From positions 128,714,001 to 128,778,000 of the forward strand of contig CM059431.1 in NCBI GenBank assembly GCA_030390025.1: DNA of 64,000 nucleotides, written 5' to 3'. The position numbers and the translations under genes are program-made. Under the pieces are notes generated by a model that searched no databases, was not told the DNA's origin, and saw nothing but the letters and a program-made list of their open reading frames with translations. This stretch comes from Squalus acanthias (taxonomy: Eukaryota). Each line of letters starts with the position of its first letter. Position 1 is the stretch's first letter. Shown in pieces: positions 12,385 through 22,805 of this stretch.

Positions 12385-14456
12385 ATGGAGAGGGTGAGAG
12401 AACGCGCTCATCGCTTCACCGAGCGGGCCTTGGATGCTCTGGTTGACGCAGTGGAGCGCAGACGATGCATGCTGTTCCCAGAGAGTGGCAGGAGGCCTTT
12501 GCCACGCGAGTTCAGAAGAGTGTGGAGGGAGGTGGCTCAGAGCGTCTCCTCCAGGAGTATGGTGCCCAGGACCCATGTCCAGTGCCGCAAAAAGTTCAAC
12601 GACCTCACTCGGGTCGTCAGGGTGAGTGGCTTTTTCTCAATACCTCTCCATCCCTCCATCTCAACCTCACTGTATGGCCAGAGGGTCTTAAAACCCCAAT
12701 GCACAACACTCATCCAACACCTATGGCCCTTTCATCAAACACACACACACATTCCACACTTTGCATACAGTAAGGGCTATTCACCTATGGGAGGCACATC
12801 AGGCAAGACCATGGCTGCATATTGTAAGGGCTATTCACCTATGGGAGGCACATCAGGCAAGACCATGGCTGCATATTGTAAGGGCTATTCACCTATGGGA
12901 GGCACATCAGGCAAGACCATGGCTGCATATTGTAAGGGCTATTCACCTATGGGAGGCACATCAGGCAAGACCATGGCTGCATATTGTAAGGGCTATTCAC
13001 CTATGGGAGGCACATCAGGCAAGACCATGGCTGTATATTGACTCAGATGCTGTCCTTTTTCTTGCAGGCTAAGCTGGCTCATAATCGGAGACAGCAGCAA
13101 CGGACGGGTGGAGGGCGGCTTCAGCTGCAACCCCTCAGCGATCTGGAGGAGCGCGTCCACAGGATTGTGGCAAGCCGGGTGATCGGTCCCGTCGCCACTG
13201 GAGACGCCGACCCCGTTGTGGACAGCAATGGTAAGGTCATCACCTTTTTGTCCTCTGTCCTTCCACTTGTCCCTCACAATACCAGCCTTTGACACTTTCA
13301 ATCCAACTTGCTAACTCGCTGCACTTATTCCTCCCTTACTGCCACCCTGTCCTCACGCTAAAGACACTCTTGTACCTCCCTGCTTTCAGATGGTGATTCA
13401 CCAGCTGAGGAGATGGTTCCTGAAGCTGCCACTGGGAGTGATGCTGCAGCTGAGGAGGAAGAGGAAGCCGGAGCATCAGTGCCACCCTCTCCCGAGGAAG
13501 CCCATGGCCACACTGGGAACATGCCTTCCCCGGAGGGGAGCAGGGGGGAAGGGGCTGATGATGGTGAAGTTCCAGGACCCAGCGGGCTGCAGCAACGCCA
13601 TGGGGGGGGGAGGGAAGAACGGGGGAGCAGGGGGGAAGGGGCTGATGATGGTGAAGTTCCAGGACCCAGTGGGCTGCAGCAACGCCATGGGGGGGGGAGG
13701 GAAGAACGGGAGCCTTCTCCCCAGAGGGAGAGTATGCCAGACACTCCTAATGCAATGGACGCAGAGGAGGAGCGGCTGATTGCAGAAATGAACAGCCAGG
13801 CGGTGGTCATGCACACTGAGCTCATGGGTGCAGTGGGAAGGGTGCCCGAATGCATTGAGGCACTGGCAAGGAGTGTGGAGCACTTCGCTGTAGCACAGGC
13901 GGATGCCACACTAAAGCTTACTGCTGCAATTCAGTCACTGGCTGCCAGGAACCCATCTGAGCCTGCTCTCATGCAGACTCAGATTGAGGCCACGCGAGCA
14001 CTGACTGCTGCCATCCTCGATGGTTCGTGCACATGTCCCCGGGGCTGTCACCGCGCCGCAGCAGGCCAGCAATCTGTTCTCAGGCAAATTGCTTCGGATG
14101 CTGAAGTGCTGCCCCGTGGGAGTGCCAGTGTGTCGGGCGAGCAGGGAGTTGCTGTCCTCTCTCACGATGACAGCATTCCTGCTGCCAACACTGTCACTTC
14201 TCCACTGCACTTGCCACCGCCTGTAGGACAGACTGCTGCCGCCCATGCAGAGTTGGTGCAGTCTGCAGCCGGGCCCTCCAGGCCCAGAAGTGGTCGAGGC
14301 CGTCCTTCAGGGGCATCTGCAGTGTCAGGGTCTGACAAGCAGCAGCCTTCCACCAGCCTTGCTGCAGCCACTGAGGTCCCATTACGGAGGAGCAGTAGGG
14401 TTAGAAGGGGGGAAGTGCGCAAGGGAAGGAGATCACCCTCGAAGGGCAAAAAGTAG
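12385..14456 (+). CDS. Harbinger Myb/SANT-like protein, three exons (12385-12621, 13068-13230, 13390-14456), 488 aa
   Basis: Exon 1 MERVRERAHRFTERALDALV...WREVA...QCRKKFNDLTRVVR then GTGAGT (phase 0). TTGCAG then AKLAHNRRQQQRTGGG...SN then GTAAGG (phase 1). TTTCAG then joins ORF 13413..14456 in frame. Total 1467 nt with no internal stop; basic NLS-like C-terminus. Confidence 0.88.
12770..13039 (+). repeat. 54-bp tandem repeat x5 in intron 1 of the Myb-like gene
   Basis: Unit GTAAGGGCTATTCACCTATGGGAGGCACATCAGGCAAGACCATGGCTGCATATT; one C>T change in the last copy. Confidence 0.97.
13535..13708 (+). repeat. 87-bp in-frame tandem duplication in Myb-like exon 3
   Basis: GSRGEGADDGEVPGPSGLQQRHGGGREER occurs twice; one synonymous difference (AGC/AGT). 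Confidence 0.95.
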
Positions 14457-14750
14457 GAGGTGTGCCAAAATGCTGGTCATTTTTTTATTAAAGGCCGAGG
14501 TTCATGGCCCAACTTTTGTTTAGTGTTTTGGACATTATCTCCAGGTTGTGAGAACCAGTTATGTTATTGACTGTTTTTTTGTGTTTATTTCTATGAGTTT
14601 GTCATGAGGAATTGACACACACAGAGTTTGTACAATAAATAAGTTTCTGTATTCAAAATATACATGGCTGGTGGTTGGAATTATTGGTGCCTTGGCCGGC
14701 TTAGGGGTTGCGTGCTGGGTTGATTCGTGTTTGTAGCACTGGCAGGGGCC

Positions 14751-15911
14751 CTAGAAGCGGCTTGCTATTAGTCGTTGACGGACGGCCCTTGCAGTTTGAC
14801 CATTGTGGGCCGCCCTCCTGCCTTGGTGCTGCTGCTGATCATCGTCCTCGGCCTGTTCCTCCTCTTCCTCCTCCTCCTCTTGTGGTGCTGCAAGGCCTGG
14901 TGGCATTGGCTGCGTCCTGAGGATTGCCATGTTGTGCAACATGCAGCACACCACTACGAATTTGGAAACTTGCTCAGGCGAGTACTGCAGGGCTCCTCCG
15001 GAATGGTCCAGACAGCGGAATCGTTGTTTGAGCACGCCGATTGTGCGCTCAATAATGTTCCTCGTTGCTTGTTGGCTTTCCTGGTACCGCAGCTCAGCAG
15101 GGGTGTTTGGCGCACGGAGCGGTGTCATCAGCCAGGTGCTCAATGCGTACCCCTTGTCCCCCAGAAGCCAACCAACTGGCTGATGCGGTGCCTCGAAAAT
15201 TTCTGCCACAGTACGCTGGCGCAGGATGAAAGCATCGTGGCAGCTGCCCGGATAGTGGGCATTGACAGCGAGAATCACCTGTCTGTGGTCACAGACCAAC
15301 TGCACATTCAAGGAATGGAACCCCTTTCTGTTCCGGAACTCCTCTGCATTCTCTCGCGGAGCACGCAAAGCCACATGCGTGCAGTCAATGGCGCCCTGCA
15401 CCATGGGGAAGCCCGCTACCCTCGCAAAGCCCATAGCACGGTCATGCTGCTTGTCTGGGGTCATAGGGAAGGAGATGAAGTCTCGTCTCCTTGTGAAGAG
15501 GGCATTGGTGACCTGCCGGATGCAGCGATGCACCGCAAACTGGGAGATATTGGCGAGGTCCCCAACAGCAGCTTGGAATGAGCCAGTGGCGTAGAAGTTC
15601 AAGGCCACTGTGACCTTCACTGCCACCGACAGAGACGTCCTGGACCTCAGCTGAGGCTGCAGATCTGGCTGCAGCAGGTGGCAGAGCTCAGTGACCACCT
15701 CCTTGCTGAATCGCAGCCTTCGCAAACACAGCTCCTCGGACATGTGGATGTAGGAGAGCTGTTCACGATATACTCTGGGAGGGTAAGCTCTCCTGTACAT
15801 GCGCCTGATGGGCCTCCTCCGTCTGGCCATAATTGCCACTCTCTGTCTGCGTCTCACTCTGCTCCGATTGAGCTGGAGCAGGACGACGCCCCCAATCATT
15901 GCAGCCCCCAT
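14751..15911 (-). CDS. Harbinger DDE transposase (HARBI1-like), 386 aa, uninterrupted
   Basis: [68 protein letters not shown], acidic tract and basic C-terminus; all three catalytic acidic residues present. Confidence 0.95.
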   Translation of the reverse strand: MGAAMIGGVVLLQLNRSRVRRRQRVAIMARRRRPIRRMYRRAYPPRVYREQLSYIHMSEELCLRRLRFSKEVVTELCHLLQPDLQPQLRSRTSLSVAVKVTVALNFYATGSFQAAVGDLANISQFAVHRCIRQVTNALFTRRRDFISFPMTPDKQHDRAMGFARVAGFPMVQGAIDCTHVALRAPRENAEEFRNRKGFHSLNVQLVCDHRQVILAVNAHYPGSCHDAFILRQRTVAEIFEAPHQPVGWLLGDKGYALSTWLMTPLRAPNTPAELRYQESQQATRNIIERTIGVLKQRFRCLDHSGGALQYSPEQVSKFVVVCCMLHNMAILRTQPMPPGLAAPQEEEEEEEEQAEDDDQQQHQGRRAAHNGQTARAVRQRLIASRF

Positions 15912-16099
15912 CTTCTCTTTGCCAGAAAAGTAATGAGGTACAGCAACGAAAGTAGCAGCAAAGTTAGGATGAACTAGGCAAAACTACCTCACAAAGCGTT
16001 GAGTCAATGTAGAAGTCTCTCTCTCTCTCTCTCCGAATCTCTCTCTCTCTCTCAGAACGAGTGGTGCATAAATGTCGACCACAGAAAAAGACAGGAAGA

Positions 16100-16255
16100 G
16101 GCCCCCTTTAAATAGCGCCCCCCCCCAGCCCCAGACCGATTGATAACGTTCCAGTCTTCCGGTCGTTGGAAGCGCCAGGCGGTAAGGCAGGGGGCGCCAC
16201 TCAATTTCCGCTCCGGGGCGCCCCAAGGGCGTTGCACCACGGACTGACGTCACAA
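16100..16255 (-). promoter_or_regulatory. Putative transposase promoter (TATA-like box plus CRE)
   Basis: TATTTAAA on the minus strand at about 16107-16114, roughly 200 bp upstream of the ATG; perfect TGACGTCA at 16245-16252. Function inferred. Confidence 0.5.
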
Positions 16256-17325
16256 TCTGCGCGCGCAGGTGGTCGCAGCGGTAAGTTTTAGCGCCGCCGC
16301 ACAATCTCAAGTTAAGTTCTCGAGCGGCGCAAACAGCGCTGCGCCCGGGCGTTAGCGCCTTAACGCCCCATTAGCGCCCATTTAAGGCGCTAACGGGAGG
16401 CGCAACCAACTGAATTTTTACCCCAAAGAATTTGCAAAGGGAAATAGATAGGTTAAGTGACTGGGCAAAAATTTGGCAGATGGAATATAACGTGGGAAAA
16501 TGTGAGGTTATCCACTTTGGTAAGAAGAATAAAAAAGCAAATTATTATTTAAATGGAGTGAGACTACAGAATGCTGCGGTACAAAGGGATCCGGGGATCC
16601 TCGTACATGAAACACAAAAAGTTAGCATGCAGGTACAGCAAGTAATTAGGAAGGCAAATGGAATGTTGACCTTTATTGCAAGGGGGATGGAATATAAAAG
16701 TAGGGAAGTCCTGCTGCAACTGTACAGGCGTTGGTGAGACCACACCTGGAGTACTGCGTACAGTTTTGGTCTCCTTATTTAAGGAGGGATATACTTGCAT
16801 TGGAGGCAGTTCAAAGAAGGTTCACCAGGTTTATTCCTGAGATGAAGGGGTTGTCTTATGAGGAAAGGTTGAGCAGGTTGGGCCTATACTCATTGAAGTT
16901 TAGAAGAATGAGAGGTGATCTTATTGAAACATATATGATTCTGAGGGGGTTGGACAGGGTAGATGCAGTGAGGATGTTTCCCCTCATGGGGGAATCTAGA
17001 ACTAGGGGGCAAAAGTTTCAGAATAAGGGGTTGACCATTTAAAACGGAGATGAGGAAGAATTTCTTCTCTCAGAGGGTCATGAAACTTTGGAATTCTCTA
17101 CCCCAGAAGGCTGTGGAGGCTGGATCATTGAATATATTTAAGGTGGAGATAGACAGATTTTTGAACTATGGAGGAGTCAAGGGTTATGGGGAATGGGCAG
17201 GAAAGTGGAATTGTGGCCAAGATCAGATCAGCCATGATCTTATTGAATAGTGGAGCAGGCTCGAGGGGTCAAATGGCCTACTCCTGCTCCTATTTCTTAT
17301 GTTCTTATGTTCTTATGTTTTTCAC

Positions 17326-17510
17326 TGAGTGCCATGGGATATTTTATGCCCAGATGTACAGGGCCTCAGTTAAACATCTCACCTGGACCACTTCAGTGCT
17401 TGCTCACTATCACACTCAAATATCAGTCTAGATAATGTGCTCAAGTCATGCGTCTGGGCTTGAACCCACCACCTGGCCCAGAGACAAGATTGCTATTAAC
17501 TGAGCGAAGG
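17326..17510 (-). mobile_element. Deu-domain SINE, 5' piece with tRNA-like head
   Basis: Reverse complement TCAGTTAATAGCA...GGTTCAAGCCC (B box)...GACTTGAGCAC...TGAGATGTTTAACTGAGGCCC...ATCCCATGGCACT. Confidence 0.65.
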
Positions 17511-18197
17511 TGACACAAATGATATATTGCTCCATTAAAATTTGCCATATCACAGCTTCGACAAATCACTATTGGATTTAGGCTGCAGTGCGATTACAGT
17601 AAATATTAAAAATGAAAATTCACATCTGAATTATTTATTTCTTTATTTTTAATTAATTCACAGGATGTGGTTGTCACTGGCAAGGCCAGCATTTATTGCC
17701 TTTGAGAAGGTGGTGGTGAGCCGCCATCTTGAACTGCTGTAGTCCGCGTGGTGAAGGTACTCCCACAGTGCTGTTAGGTCGGGAGTTCCAGGATTTTGAC
17801 GCAGCGACGATGAAGGATCGGCGATATACTTCCAACTCAGGATGGTGTGTGACTTGGAGCGGTACTTGGAGGTGGTGGTGTTCCCATGCGCCTGCTGCCC
17901 TTGTCCTTCTAGGTGGTAGAGATTGCGGGTTTGGGAGGTGCTGTTGAAGAATCCTTGGCGAGTTGCTGCAGTACATCTTGTAGATGGTACACACTGCAGC
18001 CACGGTGCACCGGTGGTGGAAGGAGTGAAAGTTTGAGGTGGTGGAGGGGGTGCCAATCGAGCGGGCTGCTTTGCCCTAGATGGTGAAAATTTCTTGAGTG
18101 TTGTTAGAGCTGCACTCTTCCAGGCAAGTGGAGAATATTCCATCATACTCCCGACTTGTGCCTTGTAGATGGTGGAAAGGCTTGGGGGAGTCAGGAG

Positions 18198-18337
18198 CAA
18201 TGTTGCGTGTAATTATTTTAGCTGCACAGGCTGTTCAAAATATTGCGCATGCGCAATTTTTATTTTGAAAAGCCGGCAAGCCGGCTGTGCAGGTTATCTG
18301 GAGCGCTGTGCGGTTGTGCAGCTTAAAGGGAACATTG
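18198..18337. mobile_element. hAT-type MITE, 140 bp
   Basis: Perfect 8-bp TSD GTCAGGAG at 18190-18197 and 18338-18345; termini CAATGTT...AACATTG. Confidence 0.9.
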
Positions 18338-18522
18338 GTCAGGAGTTGAGTCACTCACCGCAGAATATCCAGCCTCTGACCTGCTCTTGTAGCCACAGTA
18401 TTTATGTGGCTGGTCCAGTTAAATTTCTGGTCAATGTTGACCCCCAGGATGTTGGTGGTGGGTGATTTGGTGATGGTTATCTTGTTGAATGTCAAAGGGA
18501 GGTGGCTAGACTCTCTCTTGTT

Positions 18523-20303
18523 ACATATACATAGATACATAGAAGATAGGAGCAGGAGTAGGCCATCCGGCCCTTCGAGCCTGCTCCGCCATTTAATGAG
18601 ATCATGGCTGATCCTCCAATTCAGTATCCCGTCCCCGCCTTCTCTCCGTAACCCTTAACCCCTTTTGCCTGTAGAAATATATCTAATTCCCTCTTAAATA
18701 TATTTAATGAGCTGGCGTACACTGCCCTCTGTGGCAATGAGTTCCACAGGTTCACCACCCTCTGAGTGAAGAAATTCCCCCTCATTTCTGTCCTAAATGG
18801 TTTAGCCCTTATCCTTAAATTATGTCCTCTCGTTCTGTTCTCACCCGCCAAGGGAAGCATTCCTTCTGCATCTAGTCTGTCTAGACCTGTCAGAATTTTA
18901 TACACTTCTATGAGGTCCCCTCTCAATCTTCTAAACTCCAGTGTGTACATCCCTAAACTACATAGTCTCTCCTCATAGGTCAATCCCGCCATTCCTGGTA
19001 TCAGCCTGGTGAATCGCCGCTGCACCCCCTCCATGGCAAGAACATCTTTCCTCAGATGAGGCGACCAAAACTGTACACAGTACTCGAGGTGTGGTCTCAC
19101 CAGTGCCCTGTACAGCTGCAGCAAGGTATCCCTGTTCCTGTATTCCAACCCTTTTGCTATGAAGGCCAGCATACCGTTTGCCTTCTTGACCGCCTGTTGC
19201 ACCTGCATGCTCGCCTTCAGTGACTGGTGTACAAGAACACCCAGGTCTCTCTGTACTTCCCCCTCTCCCAATTTATTGCCATTTAAATAATAATTTGCCC
19301 TCCCGTTCCTGCACCCAAGGTGGATAACTTCGCACTTGTCCACATTATAGTGCATCTGCCATTTATCCGCCCAATCACCCAGTCTGTCCAAATCGCTCTG
19401 GAGCTTCCTGGTCTCCTCCTCTGAGCCCACCCCCCCTCCTAGTTTAGTGTCGTCTGCAAATTTGGAAATGCTGCATCCGACTCCCTGATCCAGGTCATTA
19501 ATGTAAATTGTGAACAGCTGGGGACCCAGGACAGATCCCTGTGGTACCCCACTTGTTACTGCCTGCCATTCAGAAAATGAGCCGTTTATTCCAACTCTCT
19601 GTTTTCTATCTGACAGCCAGTTCTCTATCCACGTCAATACTTTCCCCTTTATCCCATGAGCTTCAATTTTCCCTGCTAATCTTTTATGTGGGACCTTATC
19701 GAAGGCCTTTTGGAAGTCCAGGTACACCACATCTACTGGCTCTCCCCCATCTATTTTACCAGTTACTCCCTCAAAAAATTCCAATAGATTAGTCAAGCAC
19801 GATTTACCCTTTGTAAATCCATGTTGACTCTGTCCTATCCTGTCCCCATTTGCTAAGTGCTCCGCTATTTCATCCTTAATGATGGACTCCAGCATTTTGC
19901 CCACAACTGATGTAAGGCTTACAGGTCTGTAATTACCTGCTTTTTCCCTACCCCCCTTTTTGAATAGTGGGGTAACGTTAGCTACCCTCCAATCCATGGG
20001 CACTGTTCCCGAGTCTAATGAATTCTGAAAAATCATACTTAGTGCATCCGCTATCTCTAGGGCCACCTCCTTCAGCACCCTAGGATGCATGTTATCAGGC
20101 CCTGGGGATTTGTCCGCCTTCAATCCCTTTAGCTTCCTTAACACCATATCCTTAGAGATATTGATTTGCGTCAGTTCCTCCTTTGCAAATGTCCCTATTT
20201 TTCCCGATATCCCAGGGAGGTTTTTTGTGTCTTCCTTCGTAAAGACTGACCCAAAGTATGCATTTAGTTGGTCTGCCATTTCCTTATTTCCCGTTATATA
20301 TAA
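18523..20303 (-). mobile_element. 5'-truncated young CR1 with an open RT frame
   Basis: TTGTT TSD at 18518-18522 and 20304-20308. About 560 codons without a stop, including VPQGSVLGP and FADDTK; (TCTATGTA)n-like tail. Confidence 0.95.
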
Positions 20304-22519
20304 TTGTTGGAGATGGTCATTGCCTGACACTTGTGTGGCACGAATGTTACTTGCCACTTATCAGCCCAAGCCTGAATGTTATCCAGATCTTGCTGCATGC
20401 GGGCATGGACTGCTTCATTATCTGAGGATTTGCGAATGGAACTGAACATTGCAATCATCAGCGAACATCCCCACTACTGACCTTATGATGGAGGGAAGGT
20501 CACTGATGAAGCAGCTGGAGATGGTTGGAACTAGGACACTGCCCTGATGAACTTCTGCAGCGATGTCCTGGGGCTGAGATGTTTGGCCTCCAACAATCAC
20601 AACCAGCTTCCTTTGTGCTAGGTATGACTCCAACCAGTGGAGAGTTTTCCCCCTGATTCCCATTAATGTCAATTTTACTAGGACTCCTTGATGCCACACT
20701 TAGTTATCTGTTAGTCCTGGCATGGGAGATCACCTGCTTATTCTAAATCAGTTAACTCCTCCATTGAAATAGCAGACAGAGGAATGTTATACAAACTTAT
20801 TAAGCATACTTGTGCTAAGGGTGACTGCGATTTCTGACCTATCAGCACCACTAAACTTCTAGCATTGCTCCTTTAACTTCCTCATCCCCATATCATCCTT
20901 TATGTAGATTCCCTCATTCTTTGACTGACTTTCCTTATCTCCCAATTCCCTTGATAACTAAAATTTTCAAATGCCCTTTCTTGAAGCTTTCCTCATCCAT
21001 GCATTTACCTGAACCATACTCTTTCAAACTACTGTAGCCCATAGGAGTGAAGAAGTCTTTACAAGACAAATGTAGCTCTAGGAAATGAAGAAGCTTACCC
21101 ATGTGTCCACCTGGACATTGAACGTTCCTGATCTTAGGACTATAAACAAAAAGGTCATTCAGCTATGTGACAGTATAAAAACTGTAATGCCATTCAGCTC
21201 TATGAAATATAACATCTGTGTACTTAATTACAAATAAAACAGTTAAAACAAGTATTTTTTTTTCATTTCGAGTCAGGGTATGTGGTGTATCAGAGAGCAT
21301 ACAATAGGAAATTATTGTGGTACTGATAGAACTGAGACTTTCCCCATTTGCTGGCTCCTCATTGATGAGTGTAGTGTTTTCTTCTAATTATTGGAGTTGA
21401 GAGCAGATGACTGGGATGCTGATTCCATGGCATATTTTTCCCACTCTTCAGAGATGTGAACTCATCTTGCACCTTCAAGCTGCTCCGGCCCAAATAGAGA
21501 GATTGTGTACGTTTTCCGCAGGATGTAATTATATCCCCACCAATGATCTTGTCCCTCCACTTTATTCATAATAACTTCCAGTACTTACTTCTACAATTAA
21601 TTTCAATCTTCAGGTCATATCCTTGCTTCTCCGTGATTGCGTGTGCATTTGGATAACTAGCAATGTCACATCATTTCTTCGGAGACTTTGTTTTCTGGTT
21701 ACTGCATTCCTGTTACTGCTTTTTTATTTTTTACCCTTGATACCTGGCAAAATATCATCCAGGTCTGTATTGTTAAAGTAAGTTTTCCTCCTGCTCAAAG
21801 GTACCACAATTCACTTCTGATACAGACAGACAAAATGCTAGAGGCCCCTTGTGGTTTTAGCTCCATGTGGCTAATTTGAATACATTATTATGTAATTTGC
21901 AACCCAGTTAAATCTGGGACAAGATTAGACAGCATCAAAATATCTTGATGCAAAGCGATAGACCTAGGGGAAATAGAACGTTAAACTTGCATTTATATGT
22001 TGATATATGAATGATGCACTGTATCACATAGATATTAAGGCAGGAGAATGGAAGTTTAACAATAAATGAGTTTTTGCTGATCTATTTTACAGAACACCAT
22101 GAAATCATAATTGTGAATCATAAGAGATATTTAGCTATGGCTTCACATTTATAGTTAGAGAGAGTATGTGATGGAAAGTTAAACCTTTTTGTATTTTTTG
22201 CAGTTTCAACAATATGACTGATCAATAAACTTGGAGCAGTACATTTGAATCTTGTTCTTGGTTTATGGCACTGGGTCTTAGTACAAAACAAAATAAAAAT
22301 ATTGTAAAAATGAGGGAAGAAATTTTAACCTTACCTGCCCGGCAGAAACAAGGCAGATAGGCAGTTGCCCAAATGACTTACCTGTCCTGGAGCTGCGAAG
22401 ATCTTGCATGAGCAATTTTAACTGAGCAGGCGGTAAGGACACCCTCCCAAAGACAGCGGGGTCCTTGTTTACATATGTATGTCGGGTCTCGATGACAAAT
22501 TTGATGACAATGATGAGCC

Positions 22520-22805
22520 ACATGTCACAGCTACCCAGCCTTTGTCCTTCTCTTCTAGCCACTGTGTTCATGTGGCTGGTCCAGTTCAACTTCTGGTCAA
22601 TGGTGTCCCCCAAGATGATAATGTTGAGGGTCTCAGCGATGGTTATGCCTTTGAAGATGATGGGGAGATGCTTGGGATTTCAATTGTTTGAGATAGTCAT
22701 TACCTGCCACTTGTTAGTCCAGGTCTCGATGTTATCCAGGTCCAGTTGTAAGCTGGCATGGGTTGCCTCATTATTGGAGGAGTTGTGAATGTAGATGAAC
22801 ACTGT
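22520..22805 (-). mobile_element. Old LINE-A fragment
   Basis: TIDQKLNWTSHMNTVARREGQRLG is homologous to 18355..18540 and 47055..47303. Confidence 0.75.

Larger units (their letters stand above)
12028..16424. mobile_element. Apparently intact autonomous PIF/Harbinger transposon, 4397 bp
   Basis: TIRs GGGGTAGAAATT and (rc) GGGGTAAAAATT; AAA TSD at 12025-12027 and 16425-16427. Removing it restores CR1 GACACAAAGAATTTGCAA. Two convergent stop-free genes; CpG-rich termini. Confidence 0.95.
9887..17210 (+). pseudogene. CR1 ORF2 (AP endonuclease + reverse transcriptase), disrupted and split by a Harbinger
   Basis: [62 protein letters not shown]; resumes at 16428 with LQREIDRL...HLEYCVQFWSP. Confidence 0.95.
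8677..17320 (+). mobile_element. Near full-length CR1 LINE (copy 1), interrupted by the intact Harbinger
   Basis: 5'UTR, ORF1 esterase, ORF2 APE+RT fragments, (TTCTTATG)n tail near 17294-17320; short TTTCA duplication at both ends. Confidence 0.95.
17655..20700 (-). mobile_element. Second CR1/L2-group LINE family (LINE-A), 3' part, twice interrupted
   Basis: WHQGVLVKL...QGSVL...MFADDC (20418..20699) and STIYKAQVGSMMEYSPLAW (17658..18200); homologous to 46615-47764. Confidence 0.9.

Noticed and set aside
12770..13039. CRISPR-like array
   Set aside because: Units are contiguous with no unique spacers, the context is a eukaryotic intron, and there are no cas genes.
14775..15581. 268-aa antisense ORF and the many other short ORFs in the track
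   Set aside because: Shadow frames of GC-rich transposon or LINE coding sequence with no independent motifs.
14751..15911. Domesticated host HARBI1 gene, with the partner as NAIF1/MSANTD
   Set aside because: Bounded by TIRs and a TSD, inserted in a CR1, and related copies are nearby; it is a transposon, so no gene symbol was assigned.
18621..20357. Novel 578-aa chimeric gene
   Set aside because: The first about 18 codons come fortuitously from the flanking LINE-A across the insertion junction; the rest is truncated CR1 ORF2.
21330..21720. Possible ancient RTE-like remnant or exon on the minus strand (IKWRDKI)
   Set aside because: Only one short motif, too degenerate to support.
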